A stretch of DNA of 25,675 bases from a virus (IMGVR_UViG_3300016484_000593:1-25675), one strand, 5' to 3'. Shown: positions 1-7,137, counted from the stretch's first letter. The notes: generated from the letters alone by a model not told the origin. Numbers and translations are program-made.

Positions 1-1
1 G

Positions 2-85
2 GCGCCGGCCGTCATCAACGAAGAGTTTGGCATCGCGGTCGCGGAGTCGTTCGCGCGCCTGCAGGCGTCGAGGGCCGGCGGGTGA
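2..85 (+). CDS. 3' end of an upstream phage gene (partial)
   Basis: Frame 2 reads APAVINEEFGIAVAESFARLQASRAGG to TGA at 83-85; the start is outside the window. Confidence 0.4.
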   Translation, partial: APAVINEEFGIAVAESFARLQASRAGG

Positions 86-115
86 GGGCGGATCGGGTGG
101 CCGGCTGTGGGTTTT

Positions 116-172
116 GCGGGTCCTTCCCCACCCGCTCGCGCGCGGGTCCGTTCCGGCGCGCGATTGCGCTAG
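116..172 (+). other. Putative cos region (cosQ-like GGGTCCT at 118-124, cosN expected just downstream)
   Basis: GGGTCCT is the lambda cosQ sequence and lies ~90 bp upstream of the small terminase gene of a gpA-type terminase phage. The exact nick site cannot be placed. Confidence 0.55.
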
Positions 173-212
173 TCATGGCGGTTGGTGATTTGTTCGGTCT
201 TCAGTACGGTCT

Positions 213-752
213 ATGCCTGTAGGTTCGGTCGAACTCATCAGCAAAAGCGACTACGCCCGCCGCCGTGAGTGCACTGAGGCCGCTGTCCGCCGTGCTGTTC
301 GTGATGGCCGAATCTCACTTATCGACGGGAAAATCGACCCGGTAGCAGCCGACGCTCAATGGGCGCGAAACACGCGCGTGCGCGCCGGCAGCAAACCAGC
401 AGATTCAGCCAACATTGGCGCGCAGTCATCCGGGTCGTCAGGCGAGACGCCGTCGAGGGAAGAAAACGACGCCTATTGGGCCGTCAAGGCCCGCCGCGAA
501 AAGGCCGAGGCCGACATGGCCGAACTCAAGCTGGCTGAGCTTCAGGGCGAACTGGTGCGCCGCGCCGACATCGACGCCATCCACGCGCGCCATGCTGCCC
601 TGTTCCGCGAGCACTTGCTGCAGTTGGCCACCCGTATCACGCCTGTCATCGTGGGGTTTGGTGGCGACGAAGCCAAGATTCGCGCTTTGATCGACCAAGA
701 GCACCGCCAGGCGCTCCAGCAATTTGCGGGGGTGCCAGATGGGGGCGCGTGA
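213..752 (+). CDS. Terminase small subunit (Nu1-like)
   Basis: N-terminal winged-HTH-like ISKSDYARRRECTEAAVRRAVRDGRI and coiled coil REKAEADMAELKLAELQGELV; overlaps the large subunit start. Confidence 0.85.
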   Translation: MPVGSVELISKSDYARRRECTEAAVRRAVRDGRISLIDGKIDPVAADAQWARNTRVRAGSKPADSANIGAQSSGSSGETPSREENDAYWAVKARREKAEADMAELKLAELQGELVRRADIDAIHARHAALFREHLLQLATRITPVIVGFGGDEAKIRALIDQEHRQALQQFAGVPDGGA

Positions 753-2859
753 CGACATCTTCGCGGCGCAGGCCGAAGCCTTCTACCAGAAGATCTTGCT
801 GGCACACATGGCCCCGCCACTGGCAATGTCTGCGTCGGGCTGGGCCGACCGGTTCCGCCACATCGCTAAAGGCCCCGAGCGCGGCCCGTGGCGCACGTCT
901 CGCACGCCGTACCTGGCCGAGCCCATGGCCTGCACAGACCCAGAAAGCCCGGTGCAGCGCGTATCGATGATGTTTGCCACGCAGCTCGGCAAATCCGAAG
1001 TCATATACAACGCGGTTCTCAAGCGCATTCACTTGCAGCCCATGGACATGATGATGGTCCAGCCCACGCTGCAAGACGGCAAGGACCACAGCCGCGAGCG
1101 CTTCATGCCGACCGTGCGCGCCACACCTGCCGTGCGTGACCGCATGCCGAAGGCGACTTCGCGCGACGAAACCAACACCTGGCAAACCAAGCAGCTGCCC
1201 GGCGGAGCAACCCTGTACTTCGCCGGTGCCAACAGCGCCCGCAGCCTGGCGTCGAAGCCATTGCCGTTTGCTGCATGCGACGAAATCGACGGCTATCCGC
1301 ATGACGTCGACGGCGAGGGCGACCCCCTCGGCCTGGTGTGGGAGCGTATGTCCAACTTCGGACAGCGAAAGCTCATCCTGGCCAGCACGCCAACCACCAA
1401 AGGATTCAGCCGCATCGAAGAAGAATATCTCGCCGCCGATCGCTGCCGCTACCACGTGCCATGCCTGCACTGCAACACGCTGCAGACGCTGGAGTGGGGT
1501 GCGGGCGCGGCCTGGGGCATCAAGTGGCTGAAAACCCCCAGCGGTGAAGCCAGGCCAGAAACCGCCGTCTATGTCTGCCGACACTGCGGCAGCACCCTGC
1601 AGAACCACCAGAAAACCGACATGCTGGCTGCCGGTCTGTGGGTGCCAGAAATGCCGGGTGCGCAGAATGGATTGGCGCGCAGCTTCCACCTGAACAAGCT
1701 CTACAGCCCCGTCGGTTGGAAAAGCTGGTCCATGCTGGTGGGAGACTGGGAAAGGGCGCAAGAGACAGCCCGCGCGGGCGACAGCACCAAGCTCAAGACT
1801 TTCGTCAACACGTCGCTGGCGGAGACATGGGAAGACGCAGGCGACCGCGCCGACGAGCACGCCCTGCGCAAACGCGCCGCCGACATCCCCCTGCGCCAGG
1901 TGCACTGGGGCCTGTTCGTCGCCACAATGGGCGTCGACGTGCAAGGCGATCGCCTGGAGGCCTACACCTGGGCCTGGGGCCGCGATCTCGAACGCCAGCT
2001 TGTCGATCGCCAGGTCATCTACGGCGACCCAGCCATCCCAGAAACCGAAGCCGGCAGCCCTTGGAAAGCGCTCACCGACCTGCGCCGCGCCCCGCTCAGC
2101 CACGCCAGCGGCCGCACCGTGCCACTCATGGCCGTGGCCATCGACTCCGGCGGCCACCACACCCAGGCCGTCTACACCTACGTCCGCAGCCACCAGCACG
2201 CCCACGTCATCGCCGTCAAAGGCAGCAGCCAGCCCGGCCGCGCGATTCTCGGCAAACCCACCGAGCAGGATGTCAACTGGCGCGGCCAGAAAATGCGGCG
2301 TGGCGTCAAGCTGTGGCCCGTCGGCACCGACACCGCCAAGGCCGAAATCTACGGCCGCTTCCGCGTCGCCGATGTCGGTCCCGGCTACGTGCACCTCAGC
2401 AAACATCTGCCCGCCGACGTGTTCGAGCAACTCACCGCCGAACGCCTCGTCACCCGCTACGTCAAAGGCCGCCCGCGCCTCGAATGGGTCAAGCCCGCCG
2501 GCAAACGCAACGAAGCCCTCGACTGCGCCGTCTACGCCCTCGTCGCCGCCCATTACCTCGGCATGGAACGCTGGCGCGCCCACGAATGGGCTAAGTGGGA
2601 AAGCCTCGCCCAATCGCGCGACCTGTTCGACGGCCCAGGCACCGCCCAACCAGCGGCAACCTCATCGGCCGCCACCGACCAAGCCGCCACCGTCGACGCG
2701 GCAACCGCCACCCCGCAATCTAGCAACCACGGCCCCGTATCCAGTAACCCCGACGCTGAAGGCAGCAACAACGCCACCCCCACAACCCGCCCGCCGCTGC
2801 CCGCCCACGCCCGCCCGCAACCCCGCAGCACCGCCCGCCGCCTGCAGCGCGACTGGTAG
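739..2859 (+). CDS. Terminase large subunit, lambda gpA family
   Basis: GPWRTSRTPY, Walker A ATQLGKSE, Walker B ACDEIDGYP, STPT, CLHC/CRHC zinc pair, GVDVQ, IDSGG and RNEALDC motifs. ATG 739 is preferred over TTG 724. Confidence 0.97.
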   Translation: MGARDDIFAAQAEAFYQKILLAHMAPPLAMSASGWADRFRHIAKGPERGPWRTSRTPYLAEPMACTDPESPVQRVSMMFATQLGKSEVIYNAVLKRIHLQPMDMMMVQPTLQDGKDHSRERFMPTVRATPAVRDRMPKATSRDETNTWQTKQLPGGATLYFAGANSARSLASKPLPFAACDEIDGYPHDVDGEGDPLGLVWERMSNFGQRKLILASTPTTKGFSRIEEEYLAADRCRYHVPCLHCNTLQTLEWGAGAAWGIKWLKTPSGEARPETAVYVCRHCGSTLQNHQKTDMLAAGLWVPEMPGAQNGLARSFHLNKLYSPVGWKSWSMLVGDWERAQETARAGDSTKLKTFVNTSLAETWEDAGDRADEHALRKRAADIPLRQVHWGLFVATMGVDVQGDRLEAYTWAWGRDLERQLVDRQVIYGDPAIPETEAGSPWKALTDLRRAPLSHASGRTVPLMAVAIDSGGHHTQAVYTYVRSHQHAHVIAVKGSSQPGRAILGKPTEQDVNWRGQKMRRGVKLWPVGTDTAKAEIYGRFRVADVGPGYVHLSKHLPADVFEQLTAERLVTRYVKGRPRLEWVKPAGKRNEALDCAVYALVAAHYLGMERWRAHEWAKWESLAQSRDLFDGPGTAQPAATSSAATDQAATVDAATATPQSSNHGPVSSNPDAEGSNNATPTTRPPLPAHARPQPRSTARRLQRDW

Positions 2860-2868
2860 CCAACCGCC

Positions 2869-3264
2869 ATGACCCACACCGCAACCCCAACCGCAGCCGC
2901 CCCCGTCGTGCCCGCCGCTCCCACCGCGTCCATCGCCACAGCGCCGCCCCCCGCGCCGCCCGCCGACGACACCGACGACCTCGTCGCCCGCATGCTCGAC
3001 TACCTCGTCAAGCTCAAACCCGACCTGGCAAAGCAACGCAAGGCCCTGGCCGACGACATGCGCAAAGAATTCGGCGGCCAACGCTGGTACGTCGCCAGCC
3101 GCCAGCCCACCGAACGCCAAGAACGCATCGCCGCCATCCTCGCCACTTTCAACGGCCGCAACGCCAGCGAAGTCGCCCGAACACTCAAAATCAGCCGCGC
3201 CACGGTGTACCGCGTGCTCAAGCAGCCGGGGCGGTTTGCGCGGGCGGAAGGGGGCAAAAAGTGA
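2869..3264 (+). CDS. Mor/C-family transcription activator
   Basis: FGGQRWYV followed by FNGRNASEVARTLKISRATVYRVLK (C-terminal HTH), typical of Mu Mor/C homologues. Confidence 0.85.
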   Translation: MTHTATPTAAAPVVPAAPTASIATAPPPAPPADDTDDLVARMLDYLVKLKPDLAKQRKALADDMRKEFGGQRWYVASRQPTERQERIAAILATFNGRNASEVARTLKISRATVYRVLKQPGRFARAEGGKK

Positions 3265-3425
3265 AGGCCATGCACTGGCTGCAATCCCGCCTGAAAGCCT
3301 TGCGAGCGCGCCGCAAACTGGGCGCCTGCTTCTGGTATTTGAAATCGGAAGTCAAAACCAAGCGGCGCGACGTACTCAGCTACCACTGCCGACGCTGCGG
3401 CCTTCCGCATGACAACCATTTTTAA
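3261..3425 (+). CDS. Small hypothetical protein, 54 aa, with C...HCRRCG possible zinc ligands (not in the ORF track)
   Basis: GTG overlaps the Mor stop (GTGA). Reads MKAMHWLQSRLKALRARRKLGACFWYLKSEVKTKRRDVLSYHCRRCGLPHDNHF; the TAA lies inside the core TTTTAAC of attC-like site 1. Confidence 0.55.
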   Translation: MKAMHWLQSRLKALRARRKLGACFWYLKSEVKTKRRDVLSYHCRRCGLPHDNHF

Positions 3426-3506
3426 CGCGGAGTTAACCGGCGCCCACGGTGGCACCCACGAAACGCGAGGACGCCGACAGGCGTCCGGTTGAACGCACTG
3501 TTAGGC
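3420..3506 (-). mobile_element. attC-like site 1 (87 bp)
   Basis: Minus strand: R'' GCCTAAC, 5 nt, L'' GTTCAACC (extra C), GG[A]CGCC ... GGCGCC, L' GGTTAAC, 5 nt, R' GTTAAAA. Canonical attC layout with two extrahelical bases. Confidence 0.88.
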
Positions 3507-3520
3507 CCTGGTGGCCGGAG

Positions 3521-3724
3521 ATGAAACCGATGAACTGCCCGAATGTGTATTGGGTAACTGAACTCGTGAAGCTGACGCAGACGGTGGCGAGTTCGCACCC
3601 CACGCTGGGGTGGACGCCAGCCCGCCCGATTGGCTGGCAGGGGTTCGCCTTGCGCAGCCGCTTCCGTGCCGCGTGGCTGGTGTTCACCGGCAAAGCTGAC
3701 GCGGTGCGGTGGTTTGAGGCCTAA
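3521..3724 (+). CDS. Cassette A hypothetical phage protein (WxPARP...AAWLVFTGKADAVxW type)
   Basis: ORF fills the space between attC-like sites 1 and 2. GGAG at 3517-3520 (start 3521 or 3530); stop TAA inside GCCTAAC. Confidence 0.75.
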   Translation: MKPMNCPNVYWVTELVKLTQTVASSHPTLGWTPARPIGWQGFALRSRFRAAWLVFTGKADAVRWFEA

Positions 3725-3816
3725 CGTTGGAGCTAACACGGAGCCAGCGGCGGGAAGGACTGGACAGGAGCAAAGGCCGCGACCCGTTGGCGCTCGTGTT
3801 GAGCGACGTGTTATGC
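3719..3816 (-). mobile_element. attC-like site 2 (98 bp)
   Basis: Minus strand: R'' GCATAAC, 5 nt, L'' GCTCAACA ... L' TGTTAGC, 6 nt, R' GTTAGGC, with an imperfect inner stem. Confidence 0.85.
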
Positions 3817-3850
3817 GGCTGGTGAACGAAGGCACGAAAGGGCGAGAGCG

Positions 3851-4183
3851 ATGGAATGGCCGAAGAAACGGACGGTAGGACGATGCGGCGATATGGGGCC
3901 TGCAGGCGACCACCAGATGGTCCTGCATTTGCAGGACGACGGCGATGTAGTGCTGGCTGTTACCGGCACGGGCATGGGCAGCCAAGTTCACACCAGCACG
4001 GTGGAGTTTTGCGCTGGCGGCGCTGGCGGCGGCCGTTCGATGCGAACCCGCGACGCCCTGATTGCGCTGATGGTGGCAATGGAGGCCGACAACGCCGAAA
4101 GCCCGCGCGCTGCATGGCCGCCCGCGCGCCACGAGCCGCCTAACGCAAAGCTAAACGGCGGCCCGCCAGGGCCGTCCGTTTGA
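3851..4183 (+). CDS. Cassette B hypothetical protein (VEFC..GGGGRS..T..AL..L..A...DN type)
   Basis: ORF fills the space between sites 2 and 3; its last codons (PNAKLNGGPPGPSV) read into attC-like site 3. Confidence 0.75.
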   Translation: MEWPKKRTVGRCGDMGPAGDHQMVLHLQDDGDVVLAVTGTGMGSQVHTSTVEFCAGGAGGGRSMRTRDALIALMVAMEADNAESPRAAWPPARHEPPNAKLNGGPPGPSV

Positions 4184-4197
4184 GCGACCTGTTAGCC
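4138..4197 (-). mobile_element. attC-like site 3 (60 bp)
   Basis: Minus strand: GGCTAAC AGGTC GCT[C]AAAC GG[A]CGGCCC TGGC GGGCCG CC GTTTAGC TTTGC GTTAGGC. Same size and layout as the classic short 59/60-base elements. Confidence 0.92.
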
Positions 4198-4231
4198 GGC
4201 CAGGTGAAAACCGGCACAACCTAGGAAAGCA

Positions 4232-4459
4232 ATGGAAACTTTCGTGCAACCGAAGATCACCGGATACCGCCAACTGAACGAGGCGGAAGCTGCGCTGATG
4301 AACGAGATCAAGGCCGAGGGCGTGAAGCTGGGCGAGCTGGTGGCGAAGCTGCGCGCAACCGATGGCCTTGACCAGCGGTGGGTGAGCATCGGCGCCACCG
4401 ACCTGCAGACCGGCCTGATGGCGCTGACGCGCGGCGTGGCCCAGCCCACGACGTTCTAG
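4232..4459 (+). CDS. acb2: Acb2-like anti-CBASS cyclic-oligonucleotide sponge protein (cassette C, gene 1)
   Basis: KITGYRQLNEAEAALMNEIK...RWVSIGATDLQTGLMALTRGVAQPTTF matches the Acb2 pattern as I recall it (KIKGYRDLS.EEI..MN..K...RW.AIG.TD.QTG.MA..RA.AQP..F). RBS AGGA at 4223. Confidence 0.85.
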   Translation: METFVQPKITGYRQLNEAEAALMNEIKAEGVKLGELVAKLRATDGLDQRWVSIGATDLQTGLMALTRGVAQPTTF

Positions 4460-4461
4460 CC

Positions 4462-4728
4462 ATGAGCCGAGCCGACGCATTGCGCCCGATGCACCGCAGC
4501 GTGCTGGAGAAGCAGGCACGCGCCCGCGGCTACCGGCCGCGCCCGGTGAACATGAACACCGTGGCGCTGCCTGCCGAGGCGCGCGAGTGCATCGAGAGCA
4601 TTGCGCTCGGCATCTTCACCGACATGGTGAACAGCGGCGCCACGCTGCAGGAGACGCTGGCGGCCGTGTACCTGAGCGGCAGCGAGAACGCACTGGCGGC
4701 GTACCGCGAGCCGGCTAACACAATTTGA
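4462..4728 (+). CDS. Cassette C gene 2, hypothetical 88-aa protein
   Basis: ATG 2 nt after the acb2-like stop; MSRADALRPMHR...AVYLSGSENALAAYREPANTI. The last codons cross the terminal GGCTAAC core. Confidence 0.7.
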   Translation: MSRADALRPMHRSVLEKQARARGYRPRPVNMNTVALPAEARECIESIALGIFTDMVNSGATLQETLAAVYLSGSENALAAYREPANTI

Positions 4729-4749
4729 ACGACACCCATGTCGCATAAC
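4713..4749 (-). mobile_element. Putative attI-like site closing the cassette array
   Basis: Minus strand: GTTATGC GACATGGGTGTCGTTCAAATTGT GTTAGCC. A core site with a second GTT-type box 30 nt upstream and no attC-type partner arm. Confidence 0.5.
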
Positions 4750-4800
4750 CTGGCGCCTTCCCACCACCCAACCCATTGATTCCAAAGCCACCCAAGCCAT

Positions 4801-4833
4801 TTATCACGACACCGCACCAGTTATCACGACACC
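4801..4833. repeat. Direct repeat TTATCACGACACC x2 (20-bp period); ACGACACC also at 4729-4736
   Basis: Seen at 4801-4813 and 4821-4833. Confidence 0.85.
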
Positions 4834-4861
4834 CACGCGCCCGCCACACCGCCCACCCCAA

Positions 4862-4892
4862 AGTCTCACCCTTGCCTACCCCTGAGACACCC
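4862..4892 (+). promoter_or_regulatory. Putative late-promoter/activator box 1 (GTCTCA-N14-TGAGAC)
   Basis: 31-bp element 30/31 identical to 11155-11185; both end 19 nt before a structural gene start. Confidence 0.7.
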
Positions 4893-4911
4893 TAACCGGT
4901 AGTCTCAGCCC

Positions 4912-5136
4912 ATGGCGTACACCCAGACCGACCTCGACAGCCTAGACGCAGCCATTGCCTCGGGCCACCGCCGCGTGTACGTCGAAGGCCGCCAAGTCGA
5001 ATACGCCACCACCGAAGAACTCCTGAAGGCCAGAAGCCATGTAAGCGAGCAACTCAAAGCAGGCGCAGCGTCCGCATCTGGCGCCACCCGCCGCGGCGTC
5101 TTCCGCTTCCGCAACACCACCGTGCGCGGCGACTGA
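4912..5136 (+). CDS. Head-to-tail joining protein, gpW-like
   Basis: MAYTQTDLDSLDAAIASGHRRV...GRQVEY...EL..AR, directly before a lambda-type portal. Confidence 0.85.
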   Translation: MAYTQTDLDSLDAAIASGHRRVYVEGRQVEYATTEELLKARSHVSEQLKAGAASASGATRRGVFRFRNTTVRGD

Positions 5137-5155
5137 AAGCGGGCAGGGCGCACCC

Positions 5156-6631
5156 ATGAACCTCATCGACCGCGTCGTCGGCTACCTCGACCCTGCCGCC
5201 GGCATCCGCCGCGCCTACCAGCGCCGCCAGCTCCAGCGCGCCTATGAGGCCGCCAGTCCGCGCGACACCTGGCGCCCGCGCCGGCAAAACGCCAGCGCCA
5301 ATGCCGACCACGCGGCAGACGCCGCCACCCTGCGCGCCAAAGCCCGCACCCTGGTGCAAAACGTTCCCTACGTGCGCGCCGGCCTCGAGGGCCTCGTCAG
5401 CTACACCATCGGCACCGGCATCGTCAGCCGCGCAACAGACGCCCGCACCGCCGCCGCATTCAACGCCGCTTTCGCCGCCTGGTCCAAAGTGTGCGACGCC
5501 GACGGCCGGCTGGACTGGCCCGGCATCCAGGCCGCCGCCTACCGCGCCATGGAGCAAGACGGCGAAGTCCTCATCCGCCTGCGCCCGCGCCGCCCGTCCG
5601 ATGGCCTGCCCATCCCGCTGCAACTCCAGATGCTGGAAATCGACTGGCTCGACACCAGCCGCAGCGGCGTCATCGAAGGCGAGAACACCATCAACGGCAT
5701 CGGCTATGACGCCCTCGGCCGCCCCGCCGCCTACTGGCTGCACGACACCCACCCCGGCGACATGGGCCTGGCCGCCGCATTCACGCGCCGCACATCCAGC
5801 GTGCGCATACCCGCCCGCAATATCGTCCACCTCTACGCGCCCGACCGGCCTGGGCAGGGCAGGGGCTTCACCCGCCTGGCGCCCATCATCGCTCGCGCCC
5901 GCGACAACCAGCTCTACGAAGACGCCGAACTAGCCCGCAAGAACCTCGAGAGCCGCCTCGGCATCGTCGCCAGCGGCGACGTGTCCACCCTGGGCGACGG
6001 CCCACCGTCTGGCGCCACCACCAGCACCGCCACCAGCGGCGACCTGGGCGAGCTCGCTGGCGGCGGCATCCTGCAAGTGCCCGCCGGCCTGAACTTGACC
6101 GCCATCGAGCCCAAGGCCATGCCCGGCTACGTGGACACGCTCAAGTTCAACCTGCAGCTCATCGCCAGCGGCCTGGGCGTTCCCTACGAACTCATGACCG
6201 GCGACGTGAGCCAGACCAACTTCAGCAGCGCCCGCGTCCGCCGCCTCGACTTCAAGAAAGCCGTCGAAGCCACCCAATGGCTCACCGTCATCCCCCGCCT
6301 GATTGAACCCGTTCTCACCGCCGCCCAAGACGCCGCCGTCCTCGCCGGCATCATCCCCCGCGCCGCCCACCAGTTCGACCACAGCTGCCCGAAATGGGAC
6401 TACGTCAACCCACAACAAGACGCCGAAAGCGACCGCCTCGAAATCGCCAGCGGCCTCAGCACCCTGAGCGAAAAACTCCGCTCCCGCGGCTACAACCCCC
6501 AGGCCGTGTTTGACGAAATCAAGAGCGACATGCAGGCCCTCGAAAAAGCCGGCGTGCTCGACCTGCTGCTGGCATTGCAAGGCAAGACCAAACCGGGCGC
6601 GGCGCCTGCCAACACGGGGGGCGCAGCATGA
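5156..6631 (+). CDS. Portal protein, lambda family
   Basis: AYEAAS, LRAKARTLVQN, DGEVLIR, RPGQGRG, GVPYELMTGDVSQTNFSSAR and WDYVNPQQD motifs. Confidence 0.96.
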   Translation: MNLIDRVVGYLDPAAGIRRAYQRRQLQRAYEAASPRDTWRPRRQNASANADHAADAATLRAKARTLVQNVPYVRAGLEGLVSYTIGTGIVSRATDARTAAAFNAAFAAWSKVCDADGRLDWPGIQAAAYRAMEQDGEVLIRLRPRRPSDGLPIPLQLQMLEIDWLDTSRSGVIEGENTINGIGYDALGRPAAYWLHDTHPGDMGLAAAFTRRTSSVRIPARNIVHLYAPDRPGQGRGFTRLAPIIARARDNQLYEDAELARKNLESRLGIVASGDVSTLGDGPPSGATTSTATSGDLGELAGGGILQVPAGLNLTAIEPKAMPGYVDTLKFNLQLIASGLGVPYELMTGDVSQTNFSSARVRRLDFKKAVEATQWLTVIPRLIEPVLTAAQDAAVLAGIIPRAAHQFDHSCPKWDYVNPQQDAESDRLEIASGLSTLSEKLRSRGYNPQAVFDEIKSDMQALEKAGVLDLLLALQGKTKPGAAPANTGGAA

Positions 6632-7119
6632 CCCGCTCCAGCATCCTTTACACCCGCACCACCCGCTGGCAGCCCGCCGACGCGCTCATCCGCGCGTGGG
6701 ACGCCGGCCACATGAGCCACGCGGGCATCCGTCTTGGCGATTGGGTCATTGATGCAGCCGTCTGGGGTGGCGTCGCCCGCACTTATCTGCCGGACTGGAT
6801 GCACGGCCGCGAAATCGTGGCCGATCTGCCCGTGCTGTCGACCAGCCAAGGCACCCAAGAACAAGCGGAATCAGAGTTGTTCGACCGCATCGGCCAACGC
6901 TACGACCTCGCCGAGTTGGCCGGGTTCGTTTTGTTGCGCGACCTCGGCGACCCGGACCGGCCCGTTTGCAGCCGCCTGGGGTATGACTTTCTCGCCACCG
7001 CGTGTGGCTTGCGCATTCCTGGCCGTCAGGGCCGCATTGGCCCGCGCCTGCTGCACACCGCCCACCACAGTTTCAACCTCGGCCGGTCGGCCGTTTTCAC
7101 CCCCGGCCAGTCGGCCTGA
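6628..7119 (+). CDS. Permuted papain-like (YiiX/YebB-type NlpC/P60) amidase/peptidase
   Basis: SHAGI histidine motif, IG..YD and VCSRL cysteine motif in His-before-Cys order; ATGA overlap with the portal stop. Confidence 0.65.
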   Translation: MTRSSILYTRTTRWQPADALIRAWDAGHMSHAGIRLGDWVIDAAVWGGVARTYLPDWMHGREIVADLPVLSTSQGTQEQAESELFDRIGQRYDLAELAGFVLLRDLGDPDRPVCSRLGYDFLATACGLRIPGRQGRIGPRLLHTAHHSFNLGRSAVFTPGQSA

Positions 7120-7137
7120 TCCAAAAGGACCACCACC

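Noticed and set aside
646-2649. Long minus-strand ORFs (also 5054-5830, 11376-12395, 16938-18551, 17045-18364)
   Set aside because: Antisense shadows of well-supported high-GC genes with no recognisable motifs.
3422-4132. 236-aa minus-strand ORF as the cassette gene in canonical orientation
   Set aside because: It runs through two attC-like sites and looks like a shadow; the + strand ORFs fit the cassette bounds and one is a recognisable family.
3420-4833. CRISPR array or rho-independent terminators
   Set aside because: The palindromes differ in sequence and length, are separated by whole genes and lack U-tracts; the attC layout explains them better.
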